A stretch of 64,000 nt of DNA, taken from Candidatus Woesebacteria bacterium RIFCSPLOWO2_01_FULL_39_61. GTDB taxonomy: Bacteria; Patescibacteriota; Microgenomatia; UBA8517. The stretch lies in the NCBI GenBank assembly GCA_001793155.1, contig MGHI01000039.1, positions 1,119-65,118 of the forward strand, given 5' to 3'. Shown here in pieces: positions 29,518 through 38,489 of this stretch. The translations under genes were made by a program, and so were the position numbers. The notes beneath the pieces are model-generated. The model saw only the letters and a list, made by a program, of their open reading frames with translations. It had not been told where the DNA came from and searched no databases. The stretch's first letter is position 1; every line of letters begins with the position of its first letter.

Positions 29518-30377
29518 AGCTCTGCAAGAATCTGTTTTTTGCCAGGTTCTTTGACTTCGGCGAGTTCCAAATACCGTTCGGTTGTCGAAAGTCTTTTATG
29601 TCCGACAACCTGAGATAGAAGTACCAGATCAATTCCGCTTTTAAGATTTTCAACAATAAAGGTGGTTCTTAAATCGTTTACAGAATAAGCGGAAATTTCA
29701 GATTTATGCATATAGCGGTCGATTGCCGCACGAATATTCCTTACTGCCAAGGGCTTTCCGTTTTTACTTACAAAAATGTAAGGAGAATCTGTTTCAGGTC
29801 TGAGCTTTAGGTATTCATCGAGGGCTTCTTTGGCGGGTTTATTAAGTGGAATTGTGCGTTCGGGTTGTGTTGCGTAAGACTGAATCTTGACCTCTGTGTC
29901 TTTCAGATCCTCTTGCTTCAGATTCGCCACTTCGGAGATTCGTAATCCTGTTTGTAAGATGAGTTCAATTACCGCAGCAATTCTTAAATCGTCCCGGACA
30001 ACGTCACGAAGTGCCCTGTATTCCATGGGAGAGAGGAATTTCGGCATGGCAGCAGTAATTTTGGGATGAGCGACGTCTTCCGACGGATTAGATGAGAGTA
30101 TTTTCTCGGTTATAAGATAGCGGAAGAATGTTTTTACGGCATTTAGCTTCCTGGAAACTGATTTAGCCGTGTATTTTTGGCTGAGCAGGGTGTCGCGAAA
30201 AGCTTCAATATCCTCCTGTAAGATTTGATCAGCTGTTGCCTTGTTTCTTTTAACCAAAAACTCCAACAGTTGTTCGAGATCGGCTCGATAAGCAAGAATT
30301 GTTGATGGTGATCGACCCTTTGTTTCTAAATGTCCGATAAATTTAGGCAGTAAGTCTTTCAGAACTTCTTGTGTCAT
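29514..30377 (-). CDS. XerC/XerD-family tyrosine recombinase
   Basis: N-terminal SAM-like domain, TGLRISE, DLRTTF (HxxR variant), GHKRLSTTERY. Confidence 0.9.
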   Translation of the reverse strand: MTQEVLKDLLPKFIGHLETKGRSPSTILAYRADLEQLLEFLVKRNKATADQILQEDIEAFRDTLLSQKYTAKSVSRKLNAVKTFFRYLITEKILSSNPSEDVAHPKITAAMPKFLSPMEYRALRDVVRDDLRIAAVIELILQTGLRISEVANLKQEDLKDTEVKIQSYATQPERTIPLNKPAKEALDEYLKLRPETDSPYIFVSKNGKPLAVRNIRAAIDRYMHKSEISAYSVNDLRTTFIVENLKSGIDLVLLSQVVGHKRLSTTERYLELAEVKEPGKKQILAEL

Positions 30378-30541
30378 AATGTATGCTTGAATTATACGAT
30401 ATAAAAATTTAAACCTGTTTTTCAGAGGTAGAAGACTCTACTTCTTAAGGCTAATGATGATATGATAACATAGTTTTTTAAAAAAGGTCAACACTTTTGT
30501 TATACATAGGTATATTTTGATACGTTATTGAGATAATTTAA

Positions 30542-30931
30542 ATGCGAAATCTTTTGGTAAAAGTTCTGCACAAATTCATAAGGCTCAAATCTCTATTAAT
30601 AATCTTTCCGGCTATTTTGCTAATGATATCTCTGACAAAAAGCATAGAAAAAGTCAGGCAAGCGAATTTACAGGTTAAGGAGAAAGAGGAAATGCTAAAT
30701 AAAGTTGTTGATGAGAATAAGGTACTTGAGGCGAGATTAAGAGAGGCAAGGGATGATATTTATATAGAAAAACAATTGAGGGATAAATTAGGGTATGCCA
30801 AAGAAGGAGAAATTGTTGTTATCCTGCCCGAGGATGATGTCTTAAGGAAACTTGCACCGGAAGAAAAGAAAGAAGAAGAGACTCTTCCCGATCCTAATTG
30901 GAAAAAGTGGATGAAAGTATTTGATTTGTAA
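30542..30931 (+). CDS. septum formation initiator (FtsB/DivIC-like)
   Basis: TM helix, coiled coil and RDKLGYAKEGE motif. Confidence 0.8.
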   Translation: MRNLLVKVLHKFIRLKSLLIIFPAILLMISLTKSIEKVRQANLQVKEKEEMLNKVVDENKVLEARLREARDDIYIEKQLRDKLGYAKEGEIVVILPEDDVLRKLAPEEKKEEETLPDPNWKKWMKVFDL

Positions 30932-31077
30932 TATAATACCTTCATTGCCTATTCCTAAGTAAAAATAGGAAATGTTTATAGCTTAAATCTGCCTTTGGGC
31001 AGATTTCTTGGTTTAAGAAAAGTAAGCCAATTTTTGCGGCATACTAAACTTTAGCCAAGGATCGAGCACCTTAACAA
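30932..31077 (+). promoter_or_regulatory. TATAAT promoter, structured leader and boxA-like element
   Basis: TATAAT 30932-30937; hairpins AAATCTGCC/GGCAGATTT and CTTGGTT/AGCCAAG; GCACCTTAACAA at 31066-31077. Confidence 0.55.
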
Positions 31078-31103
31078 ATTCAGGAAAAAGAAAGGGAAAA
31101 AGT

Positions 31104-31271
31104 ATGGCAGAGAAATGCAGCGAGTGTGGCAAAAAGACCCAAAAGAAGTGCGATCATTGTGGTAAACCATGTTGCAGCGATCATGGTATCAGAGTTTATC
31201 TAGGGAATACCCACTTCTGGGTTCACAGAGACTGTTGTAAAGAGGCGATGGATGTCCTGAAAGAGAACTAA
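31104..31271 (+). CDS. small Cys/His-rich zinc-finger-like protein (55 aa, not in the ORF track)
   Basis: MAEKCSECGKKTQKKCDHCGKPCCSDH...HRDCC; purine-rich RBS. Confidence 0.75.
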   Translation: MAEKCSECGKKTQKKCDHCGKPCCSDHGIRVYLGNTHFWVHRDCCKEAMDVLKEN

Positions 31272-31301
31272 GATTCTTAAAAAGAAGAAAGGAAGGTCGA
31301 A

Positions 31302-32321
31302 GTGGATACGCCTTGGTATGACGATCCAGGAAAGATTATGAAAACTATTGTGGAAGGAGGTTTGAAAGGCCTAAACGAAGTTGCTCATGCACGTCATGAG
31401 GCTCACTACGATCGGGGCGAAAGGCTCAATGACTACATTATTGAGGGATCCTGGTATACAGACTCTTGCGGTAACTGGGGAAAGCTCCAGTGGCCAAAAG
31501 GTCGTCCAGACCTTGCTTTTATGCTTGTTCTGACACCAGCAGGGTATAACGAATTTTGCGTTGTAACAGGACTACCGACTAATTGGTCTGCTTCAATGGC
31601 TTGGGAACTTCCTCCAGATGGGATGGTTTGCGACCTCTGTCTCGAGCCCTGGATGATTCAGGATGCACATACAGCTGTTGTAAACCGAACCTATGAAGAC
31701 ATTCCGCTTGAGCGGTTTGCTGGTAAATCACTTCGTGAAGTTGAGAAGCTTATAGGCGCAGAACTTTCTGCGACAGTGTTTCTTCAACCGGAATTGATGA
31801 TCCAGAACCCAGCTTATGTTGGACATGCCAACCACCCTGTTTTCGAGGATGTTGTTGTGCGCGATGAAGGGGAGCGCGGTTGGGTCTACAAGGCTAATAA
31901 GGACACATATCTGGTCCAGCCAGGCGATTCTGGGTATTTCAATGTCTGGACCTATCGGCATCCACTTTGCCAGGAAAATCGGCTCAGAAAACTTGAGACA
32001 AACTACTTCGAAGAAATTTTCACCAAATCTGGTTACAAACAGGTTGTTTTAAACGCTATTCCCAACGAATATTGCGGGGATCCTACTTGTTGCGGACCAT
32101 GGTTTTTGGTTCGGACGGAAGTAGGTAACTTCAAAGTCGGTTGGCGGAAACGCGTTATTAATCTTGAATGGGCCGGCAAGGGGGTTGGTCCCGAGCGTGA
32201 TTTAACCCACCTCTTTAAAGGTGAGTCGACGACTCTTGAGAGAGACTACGTCCATGCCCATGGTCGCGAAAAGCTCATCGATTATTTGCGACGTATTCGC
32301 AATTACCAACTTACACTCTAA
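31302..32321 (+). CDS. hypothetical protein, possibly phage-related
   Basis: Long ORF with SD AAAGGA; C-terminal PNEYC...PW...GWRKRVI segment. Confidence 0.75.
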   Translation: MDTPWYDDPGKIMKTIVEGGLKGLNEVAHARHEAHYDRGERLNDYIIEGSWYTDSCGNWGKLQWPKGRPDLAFMLVLTPAGYNEFCVVTGLPTNWSASMAWELPPDGMVCDLCLEPWMIQDAHTAVVNRTYEDIPLERFAGKSLREVEKLIGAELSATVFLQPELMIQNPAYVGHANHPVFEDVVVRDEGERGWVYKANKDTYLVQPGDSGYFNVWTYRHPLCQENRLRKLETNYFEEIFTKSGYKQVVLNAIPNEYCGDPTCCGPWFLVRTEVGNFKVGWRKRVINLEWAGKGVGPERDLTHLFKGESTTLERDYVHAHGREKLIDYLRRIRNYQLTL

Positions 32322-32341
32322 AAAATTTCTTGAATTTGACC

Positions 32342-32407
32342 ACCCCCAGCATTGGGTATATGCAAGCTACATATATGCATAAACTTAATTCTGGGGGTTT
32401 TTTATTT
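32342..32407 (+). terminator. long hairpin terminator
   Basis: ACCCCCAG...CTGGGGGT stem with inner stems, followed by a T run. Confidence 0.75.
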
Positions 32408-32456
32408 ACGCAGTCTGATAGCTTTAATATGATATAATTCAACCTGAACGTTTATA

Positions 32457-32526
32457 TGCGGGGTAGTGTACGGCTGCACGGAAGGCTCATAATCTTCCAG
32501 GCCGGGTCCGACTCCCGGCCCCGCAA
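32457..32526 (+). tRNA. tRNA-Met(CAU), initiator-like, atypical
   Basis: TGCGGGG/CCCCGCA acceptor, GAAGG-CTCATAA-TCTTC anticodon arm, T-loop TCCGACT. Confidence 0.8.
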
Positions 32527-32531
32527 CACGA

Positions 32532-32603
32532 GCCAGCGTAGCTCAGCGGTAGAGCAGAGATTTCATAAGTCTAAGGTCACTGGTTCGATCCCAGTCGCTG
32601 GCA
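32532..32603 (+). tRNA. tRNA-Met(CAU), elongator-like
   Basis: GCCAGCG/CGCTGGC acceptor, TTCATAA anticodon loop, TTCGATC T-loop. Confidence 0.88.
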
Positions 32604-32671
32604 CTTATTTTATTAAACGTGCCCCATAATGTTCACTTTATCTTTAACTTGAGTTAAAATCTCCCTAATCC

Positions 32672-33049
32672 ATGACTCCGGAAAGATTTTCGAGTCTGAA
32701 AAGACTATTTTACGAGATAGCTTTGGTGCGTGGCAGGACAAGAGAAGATATGGTTAAAAACGCACTCGATTACCTAGTTAATGAAGGTAAATTAGATGGT
32801 TATGACGTCTCCGATGACTTGGATAGAAAAAAGCGGATTGATTTTTACCCCTTTTCGGGTTCAAAAAGGTATAAAATCCAAGTCAAAAGTTCTCCGCGCG
32901 GAGTTGAAGAAGCTTTAAGAAAGCACCCGTCAGATATTAAAGATAAAATTTTTATCGTACCTGATCTTGGTGAAACTCCCCAGGATTTAGCCGACAGGAT
33001 AATGAGTGAAATAAAAGCCGTTGAGGAAAGATTTAAACAAGGCGATTAA
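32672..33049 (+). CDS. small PD-(D/E)XK-like nuclease-fold protein
   Basis: RIDF...IQVKSS motif. Confidence 0.55.
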   Translation: MTPERFSSLKRLFYEIALVRGRTREDMVKNALDYLVNEGKLDGYDVSDDLDRKKRIDFYPFSGSKRYKIQVKSSPRGVEEALRKHPSDIKDKIFIVPDLGETPQDLADRIMSEIKAVEERFKQGD

Positions 33050-33080
33050 GTTTCAAAGATTAATTTGGTAAACTATTGAT

Positions 33081-34070
33081 ATGGTAAAAAAGAGAGTTTT
33101 GCAGGGAATGCGGCCTACAGGCCATCTTCACTTGGGTAATTACCTTGGCACAGCTAAAGGGATGCTTGCATTGCAAGAAGATCCCAACTATGAGACTTTT
33201 TATATGGTTGCAGATTTACACGGAATGACGACTCCATTTGATCCTAAAAAAATCATGCTTGAATCCAGAGAAGTTATCCTTGACTATTTATCTTGCGGCC
33301 TTGATCCCAAAAAATCTGCCTTATTTCTTCAATCTAGTCTAGCGGACTTACACGTTCAATTGGCTTATTATTTTTCAACCGTTGTAACTGTGGCAAGAAT
33401 GCAACACCTTCCAACTTATAAGGAGAAAGTAAAACAGTATCCTGAGAATGTGACCATGGCTCTTCTTAACTACCCTATTTTAATGGCGGCTGATATTTTG
33501 ATATACAAAGCAAGCATGGTACCGGTTGGAATGGACCAAGAGCCGCACATGGAGGTAACCAGAGAAATTGCAAGAAAGATGAATTTGCTCTACGGCTTGG
33601 GTTTCCCGGAACCTAGGAGCCTTGAGACAAAAAGTAGATACATACCTTCCTTAACTGGGGAAGGGAAGATGAGCAAATCCGTAGAGGGGAGTTATATCAA
33701 CTTAACGGATAATTTAGAAACGATAAAAGAACGCTTAGCAAAGGTACCAACAGATTCCGGCAAGGGTAATAAAATACCCGAAGGCGGTGGAGTTTATACT
33801 TTATTAACAATAGTGGAGCTATTTCAGGGATTAGAAAAAAGGACAAAATATGAGAAAGAGTATAAGCGATCGGGCATAAAGTATCAGGATCTGAAAAACG
33901 AATTAGCAGAAGCAATATTTAAAGACTTAGAACCTATCCAGAAGAAGAGACGAGAATTAGAAAAAGATAGGGCCTATATAGATAATGCACTTAAAGACGG
34001 AACCGAGAGAGCTAGAGCTGTAGCAAGTAAAACCGTAAAAGAAGTTAAGGAAAAAATGGGGTTAATTTAA
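33081..34070 (+). CDS. trpS: tryptophan--tRNA ligase
   Basis: HLGN, VPVGMDQ and KMSKS motifs. Confidence 0.97.
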   Translation: MVKKRVLQGMRPTGHLHLGNYLGTAKGMLALQEDPNYETFYMVADLHGMTTPFDPKKIMLESREVILDYLSCGLDPKKSALFLQSSLADLHVQLAYYFSTVVTVARMQHLPTYKEKVKQYPENVTMALLNYPILMAADILIYKASMVPVGMDQEPHMEVTREIARKMNLLYGLGFPEPRSLETKSRYIPSLTGEGKMSKSVEGSYINLTDNLETIKERLAKVPTDSGKGNKIPEGGGVYTLLTIVELFQGLEKRTKYEKEYKRSGIKYQDLKNELAEAIFKDLEPIQKKRRELEKDRAYIDNALKDGTERARAVASKTVKEVKEKMGLI

Positions 34071-34080
34071 TTATTTATCT

Positions 34081-34416
34081 ATGATAACCATCGATGACTT
34101 TAAAAAACTCGATATAAGAATAGGAAAAGTTTTAGAGGCTTCGGAAGTGGTGGGGAGCGAGAAACTAATTCGCTGCGTGGTTGACTTCGGAGAGTTGGGT
34201 ACGAGGGTTATTTTTTCGGGAATTAAAAAATGGTATTCACCTTCCGATTTAGTCGGAAAACTTTTACCCTATATAGTAAATCTTGAACCAAGACGTATGT
34301 TCGGGGAGGAATCCCAAGGAATGCTCGTAGCAGCGGCGCCTTCCGTAGACGGGGAAGAAAAAGCAGCTCTTTTAATTCCGGATGAGAAGCTTGAGCCCGG
34401 CACAAGGATTATTTGA
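34081..34416 (+). CDS. tRNA-binding OB-fold protein (MetRS C-terminal/Trbp111-like)
   Basis: DFKKLDIRIG...NLEPR..GEESQGM. Confidence 0.9.
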   Translation: MITIDDFKKLDIRIGKVLEASEVVGSEKLIRCVVDFGELGTRVIFSGIKKWYSPSDLVGKLLPYIVNLEPRRMFGEESQGMLVAAAPSVDGEEKAALLIPDEKLEPGTRII

Positions 34417-34601
34417 GCTGGCAACCGACGCATCTATCTGCTAGACTTACAGCTGATTTCAAAATCAGCGAGTCCCGACGAACATCGGGACGAGCAAATG
34501 TTTTGACCGAGTCTAACTCGGGTTATTCACTCAGATGCTACAAACCGCAAAGCTTCAAGACCGAAGCCGACCAGGCGAGGTTTTGAAACGGTTTCTAGCT
34601 T
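34415..34601 (+). ncRNA. unassigned multi-junction structured RNA
   Basis: Seven nested stems whose non-Watson-Crick pairs are mostly G-U on the plus strand. Confidence 0.65.
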
Positions 34602-34620
34602 CGTCAAATAATTTTAAGCT

Positions 34621-36510
34621 ATGGATCCTATTAAAAGTTTAAAGAAATTATCACAAAAGAAACCTCAAAAATCCAAGAATCGTTTTGAATTTCGCCTTAA
34701 AATAAATCTTTGGAAGGTATTAATTGCCTTCTTTTTGGTAATCTTTTTTTTGCCCTTCTTAGTGTCTTTGCTTCAAATCCAGTCAACCGAAAGTAAGGTG
34801 GATACTTCCCAAGCACTTCTTGATGTTAAAGAAGGTAGGGTTGAGGAAATTATGATCCAAGACGAGAAGCTGATTTTAAATTATAAGGACGGATCCACGA
34901 AATTAGCCACTAAAGAATCGGGCGAGAGCTTTGCAGATCTTCTGGATAAATCCGGAGTTAATCCTACAGACGTTAAGTATACAGTTGTTGACCAATCACT
35001 TACACGGGTTATTGGAGAGGTCGCAAGCGTGGTCTTACCTCTGGCTCTTATGGCTTTATTTTTCTTTTTTATTCTCCGTGCTCAAACAAAGGGCGCGCAG
35101 GACATTTTTTCATTTGGTCGGTCCCGTGCCAGGCTTTTTGCCAAGGGTAAGCAGGACGTTACTTTCAATGATGTTGCCGGGGTTGATGATGCCAAAAAAG
35201 AGTTGGAGGAAATTGTTGATTTTTTGAAAAATCCGGCAAAATACAGAAAAATTGGAGCAAGAACACCCAAAGGAGTCATCCTTTTCGGCCCCGCCGGAGT
35301 CGGGAAAACGCTTCTTGCGCGGGCTGTTGCTGGGCAAGCCGGTGTACCCTTTTTTTCAATGGCAGGAAGTGAGTTTATGGAAATGTTGGTTGGAGTCGGG
35401 GCTTCAAGAGTCAGGGATCTTTTTCAAAACGCAAAAACTTCAGCGCCCTCAATTATTTTTATTGACGAGATAGATGCGATAGGGAGGCAAAGAGGACGTG
35501 GTTTTGTCGGAGGACACGACGAAAGAGAACAAACTCTAAATCAGATTTTGGTTGAGATGGATGGGTTTACTCCGAACGATAATGTGGTGGTTATTGCTGC
35601 AACCAATAGAGGAGATCTGCTCGACCCCGCGCTTTTAAGACCCGGGCGCTTTGACAGAAGAGTTCTTTTAGACATGCCGGACAAGGAAGGCAGGATTGCG
35701 ATATTAAAAATTCACGCGAGGGGTAAGAAATTTGGCAAAGGCATCGATTGGGAGAGAGTTGCGGATAGGACGGTCGGATTTTCAGGGGCTGACATTGAAA
35801 ACATGCTAAATGAAGCTGCAATTTATGCCGCAAGGCAGGATAAATCAGAAATTAATATGAGTGACGTAGAAGAGGCGGCAACAAAAGTTAAGCTCGGTCC
35901 CGCCAAAAGAAAACTTCAGAGCAAAGAGGACAAGAAACTTACAGCCTATCACGAAGCCGGACATGCAGTAGTTACACACTCCTTGCCAATGATGGATCCT
36001 GTTCATAGAATTTCAATTGTTGCCAGAGGTATGAGTCTCGGGCACACACTTATTCCTCCTGCTGCTGATAGGACCCATGAAACCAGAACTAGGATGCTTC
36101 AGCAAGTTACGGCAATGCTGGGTGGGCGCGCTGCCGAAAAAATAGTATTTGACGAGATGACTTCAGGTGCTTCAAATGATATTGAAATGGCGACTCGCTT
36201 GGCGCGCGCAATGGTGGTTGACTTTGGGATGAGTTCGCTCGGGCCGGTTAACTTGGGACCACAATACGACGTTGACGAAATGGGTAAAGCACAATGGTAT
36301 GAACCGGCACAGATATCCTCAAATACTCAGGAGAAGGTAGATAAAGAGATTGGTCTAATCATTGAAAATTGTTATAAGGAAGCTCTAGAGATAGTTAAGG
36401 AAAAGAAAAAAATACTTGAAAAAATAGTTGATCGGCTTTTAGAAAAAGAAACGCTAGACAGAGATGAGTTTGAGAAAATAGTTGGGAAGAAAAACAATGG
36501 TAGCAAGTAG
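34621..36510 (+). CDS. ftsH: ATP-dependent zinc metalloprotease FtsH
   Basis: [16 protein letters not shown] (LRPGRFDR) and HEAGH motifs. Confidence 0.97.
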   Translation: MDPIKSLKKLSQKKPQKSKNRFEFRLKINLWKVLIAFFLVIFFLPFLVSLLQIQSTESKVDTSQALLDVKEGRVEEIMIQDEKLILNYKDGSTKLATKESGESFADLLDKSGVNPTDVKYTVVDQSLTRVIGEVASVVLPLALMALFFFFILRAQTKGAQDIFSFGRSRARLFAKGKQDVTFNDVAGVDDAKKELEEIVDFLKNPAKYRKIGARTPKGVILFGPAGVGKTLLARAVAGQAGVPFFSMAGSEFMEMLVGVGASRVRDLFQNAKTSAPSIIFIDEIDAIGRQRGRGFVGGHDEREQTLNQILVEMDGFTPNDNVVVIAATNRGDLLDPALLRPGRFDRRVLLDMPDKEGRIAILKIHARGKKFGKGIDWERVADRTVGFSGADIENMLNEAAIYAARQDKSEINMSDVEEAATKVKLGPAKRKLQSKEDKKLTAYHEAGHAVVTHSLPMMDPVHRISIVARGMSLGHTLIPPAADRTHETRTRMLQQVTAMLGGRAAEKIVFDEMTSGASNDIEMATRLARAMVVDFGMSSLGPVNLGPQYDVDEMGKAQWYEPAQISSNTQEKVDKEIGLIIENCYKEALEIVKEKKKILEKIVDRLLEKETLDRDEFEKIVGKKNNGSK

Positions 36511-36589
36511 CTTGTAACAAGAAGTATGCAGCTGACTTCCCGTTCTACACTCTACATACTTCACGCTACAAATTTAGTAAAATAACCTC

Positions 36590-37492
36590 ATGTCCAAACT
36601 AGTCCTCATCGATGGTAACGCAATACTTCATCGTGCCTATCACGCTTTGCCACCTCTAACTACAAAGAGAGGAGAGCCGATTAACGCCGTATATGGGCTC
36701 GTCAGCATGCTTCTTAGAATAATACAGGAGCTTAAACCCACCCATATAGCAGTTGCCTTTGATCGGAAAGAGCCAACGTTCAGACAGAAAGAGTTTGCAG
36801 GCTATCAGGCTCAACGGCCTCCGATGGAGGATAATCTCTCGAGCCAATTCGAAAAAGCAAAAGCCACACTTAATGCCTTTGGGATTCCGGTTTACGAGCT
36901 AGCCGGTTATGAAGCCGACGACATTATCGGTACACTTTCCAATAAAGTTTTAAGTTCAGGAATTCAAAATGTGATTATAGTTACGGGCGACCGCGATATT
37001 CTCCAACTCGTTAACGGTAACGTCAAAGTCTATCTTCCAGTAAAAGGATTAAGCGAGGGAAAAGTATTTGGTATTGAAGAAGTAGTTGAAAAAATGGGAG
37101 TTAAACCATCCCAAATCCCTGATTACAAGGCTCTCGTTGGGGATCAGTCGGATAACTACAAAGGTGTTTCTGGAATTGGACCGAAGACAGCGATGAAGCT
37201 CATAGAAGAATATGGTAGTTTTGAAGCAATTTACAGAAACTTAAATTCACTTCCAAAACAAACAAAAGAAAGACTAGAGAGCGGCAAAAGCGGGGGAGAA
37301 ATGTCTCTGAAACTTGCAGAAATAGTCAGAGACATTCCGATAGAAGCAGATTTTGAAAAAATGAATAAATGGAGTGTCGATAGCAAACAAGTTTTAGACC
37401 TTTTTACCCAATTTGGCTTTAAAACTTTAACAAACAGGGTAAAAGAAGTTGGGAAAATGATTGTAAGCGAAAATCAGATGAAGTTAATATAA
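36590..37492 (+). CDS. stand-alone 5'-3' exonuclease (Pol I N-terminal domain)
   Basis: LIDGN, EADD, TGDRD, GDQSDN motifs and H3TH GIGPKTA. Confidence 0.92.
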   Translation: MSKLVLIDGNAILHRAYHALPPLTTKRGEPINAVYGLVSMLLRIIQELKPTHIAVAFDRKEPTFRQKEFAGYQAQRPPMEDNLSSQFEKAKATLNAFGIPVYELAGYEADDIIGTLSNKVLSSGIQNVIIVTGDRDILQLVNGNVKVYLPVKGLSEGKVFGIEEVVEKMGVKPSQIPDYKALVGDQSDNYKGVSGIGPKTAMKLIEEYGSFEAIYRNLNSLPKQTKERLESGKSGGEMSLKLAEIVRDIPIEADFEKMNKWSVDSKQVLDLFTQFGFKTLTNRVKEVGKMIVSENQMKLI

Positions 37493-37497
37493 TACAT

Positions 37498-37569
37498 GCC
37501 CGCCGTATCTTCGCACCCGGCTTTTCAGGACTATTCGTTCACGTCTCGCGCTAAGATTGGTCGGCGGGT
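37498..37569. other. GC-rich structured intergenic element
   Basis: GCCCGCCG/CGGCGGGT and ATCTT/AAGAT stems. Confidence 0.5.
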
Positions 37570-37622
37570 CTTCGCACTATTTTAGATTTAGAATAAAATG
37601 TGCTCGAGAGGAGGTGATAAAA

Positions 37623-38012
37623 ATGATAAAAGGTATTGATGCAGTTACACTTTTTAGCGAAAACGCAGAAAAACTTGCTAAATTTTACAAAGAAAAAGTT
37701 GGCTTAAAACCAACTGGTGAATTTGTAATGGGTGAGGGAAAAGATGAGGCTAATGTATATATGTACGAATATAAAAAAGGTGGCGATTTTGCGATAATTG
37801 ACCACTCAAAAGTGAAAGGAAAGAATAAGAATCCGGAAAGATACCTCGTTAACTTCGAAGTTGATGATATAAAGAAAGAAGTTGCCAAGCTTAAAAAGAA
37901 TAAGGTTAAGGTTATTGCCGATACTTACCATGTAGAAGGGTACGGTTGGGTTGCAACTTTTCAGGATATTGATGGAAACTACTTTCAGCTGGTACAAGTT
38001 AGACCGAGTTAG
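37623..38012 (+). CDS. VOC/glyoxalase-family protein
   Basis: FYKEKVG, NFEVDDI and FQDIDGN motifs; SD GGAGGTG. Confidence 0.88.
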   Translation: MIKGIDAVTLFSENAEKLAKFYKEKVGLKPTGEFVMGEGKDEANVYMYEYKKGGDFAIIDHSKVKGKNKNPERYLVNFEVDDIKKEVAKLKKNKVKVIADTYHVEGYGWVATFQDIDGNYFQLVQVRPS

Positions 38013-38485
38013 TAGATAGCAAATAGTAGATAGAAGATGGGAAAAAAGATAAACTGTCTTAGTGGCTAAAATCGAAAGATTTACAGATCTTAAAGCATGG
38101 CAAGAAGGGCACCAATTAGTCCTTATGATCTACGGAGTTGTCAAGACTTTCCCAAAAGAAGAAAACTTCATCCTTACTACTCAAATACTCCGAGCTGTAA
38201 TATCTGTTACTAATAATCTGGCTGAGGGGTTTGGTAGAAGATATTATAAAGAAAAAATTCAGTTTTATTCGATGGCCAGAGCTTCATTGGTTGAAGTTTG
38301 CAATCAACTTATGATAGCCAGAGATGTTGGTTATTTGAACAGAAAAGACTTTGACTTTGTATGGGAACAAACTGACAAAGTAGGTAGATTAATTACAGGA
38401 TTAATAAAAAGTATTAAAAAATAAGACTTAGTCCTATAATTGCTATTTGCAATCTACTATTTGCTATCTACTATTTGCTATCTAC
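38010..38485. repeat. inverted heptamer arrays flanking four-helix-bundle gene 1
   Basis: TAGTAGATAGCAAATAGTAGATAG (38010-38033) versus its reverse-complement array at 38441-38485; 22 bp perfect. Confidence 0.9.
38062..38424 (+). CDS. four helix bundle protein (23S rRNA IVP/Avd-like)
   Basis: DLKAWQ, FPKEE, SVTNNLAEG and ARASLVE motifs. Confidence 0.92.
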   Translation: MAKIERFTDLKAWQEGHQLVLMIYGVVKTFPKEENFILTTQILRAVISVTNNLAEGFGRRYYKEKIQFYSMARASLVEVCNQLMIARDVGYLNRKDFDFVWEQTDKVGRLITGLIKSIKK

Positions 38486-38489
38486 CAAA

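Noticed and set aside
28695-30377. tRNA-anchored integrative element (tRNA-Ile near a tyrosine recombinase; ATCCACTTT on both sides of the tRNA)
   Set aside because: No distal duplicate of the tRNA 3' end was seen, the recombinase looks like chromosomal XerC/D, and a 9-bp repeat is too weak
30369-30396. dif-like sequence at the xer start (CATAATGTAT)
   Set aside because: Only the left arm and spacer resemble dif; the XerD arm TTATGTTAAAT is absent
32618-32650. second dif-like sequence
   Set aside because: Poor match in both arms and wrong spacer length
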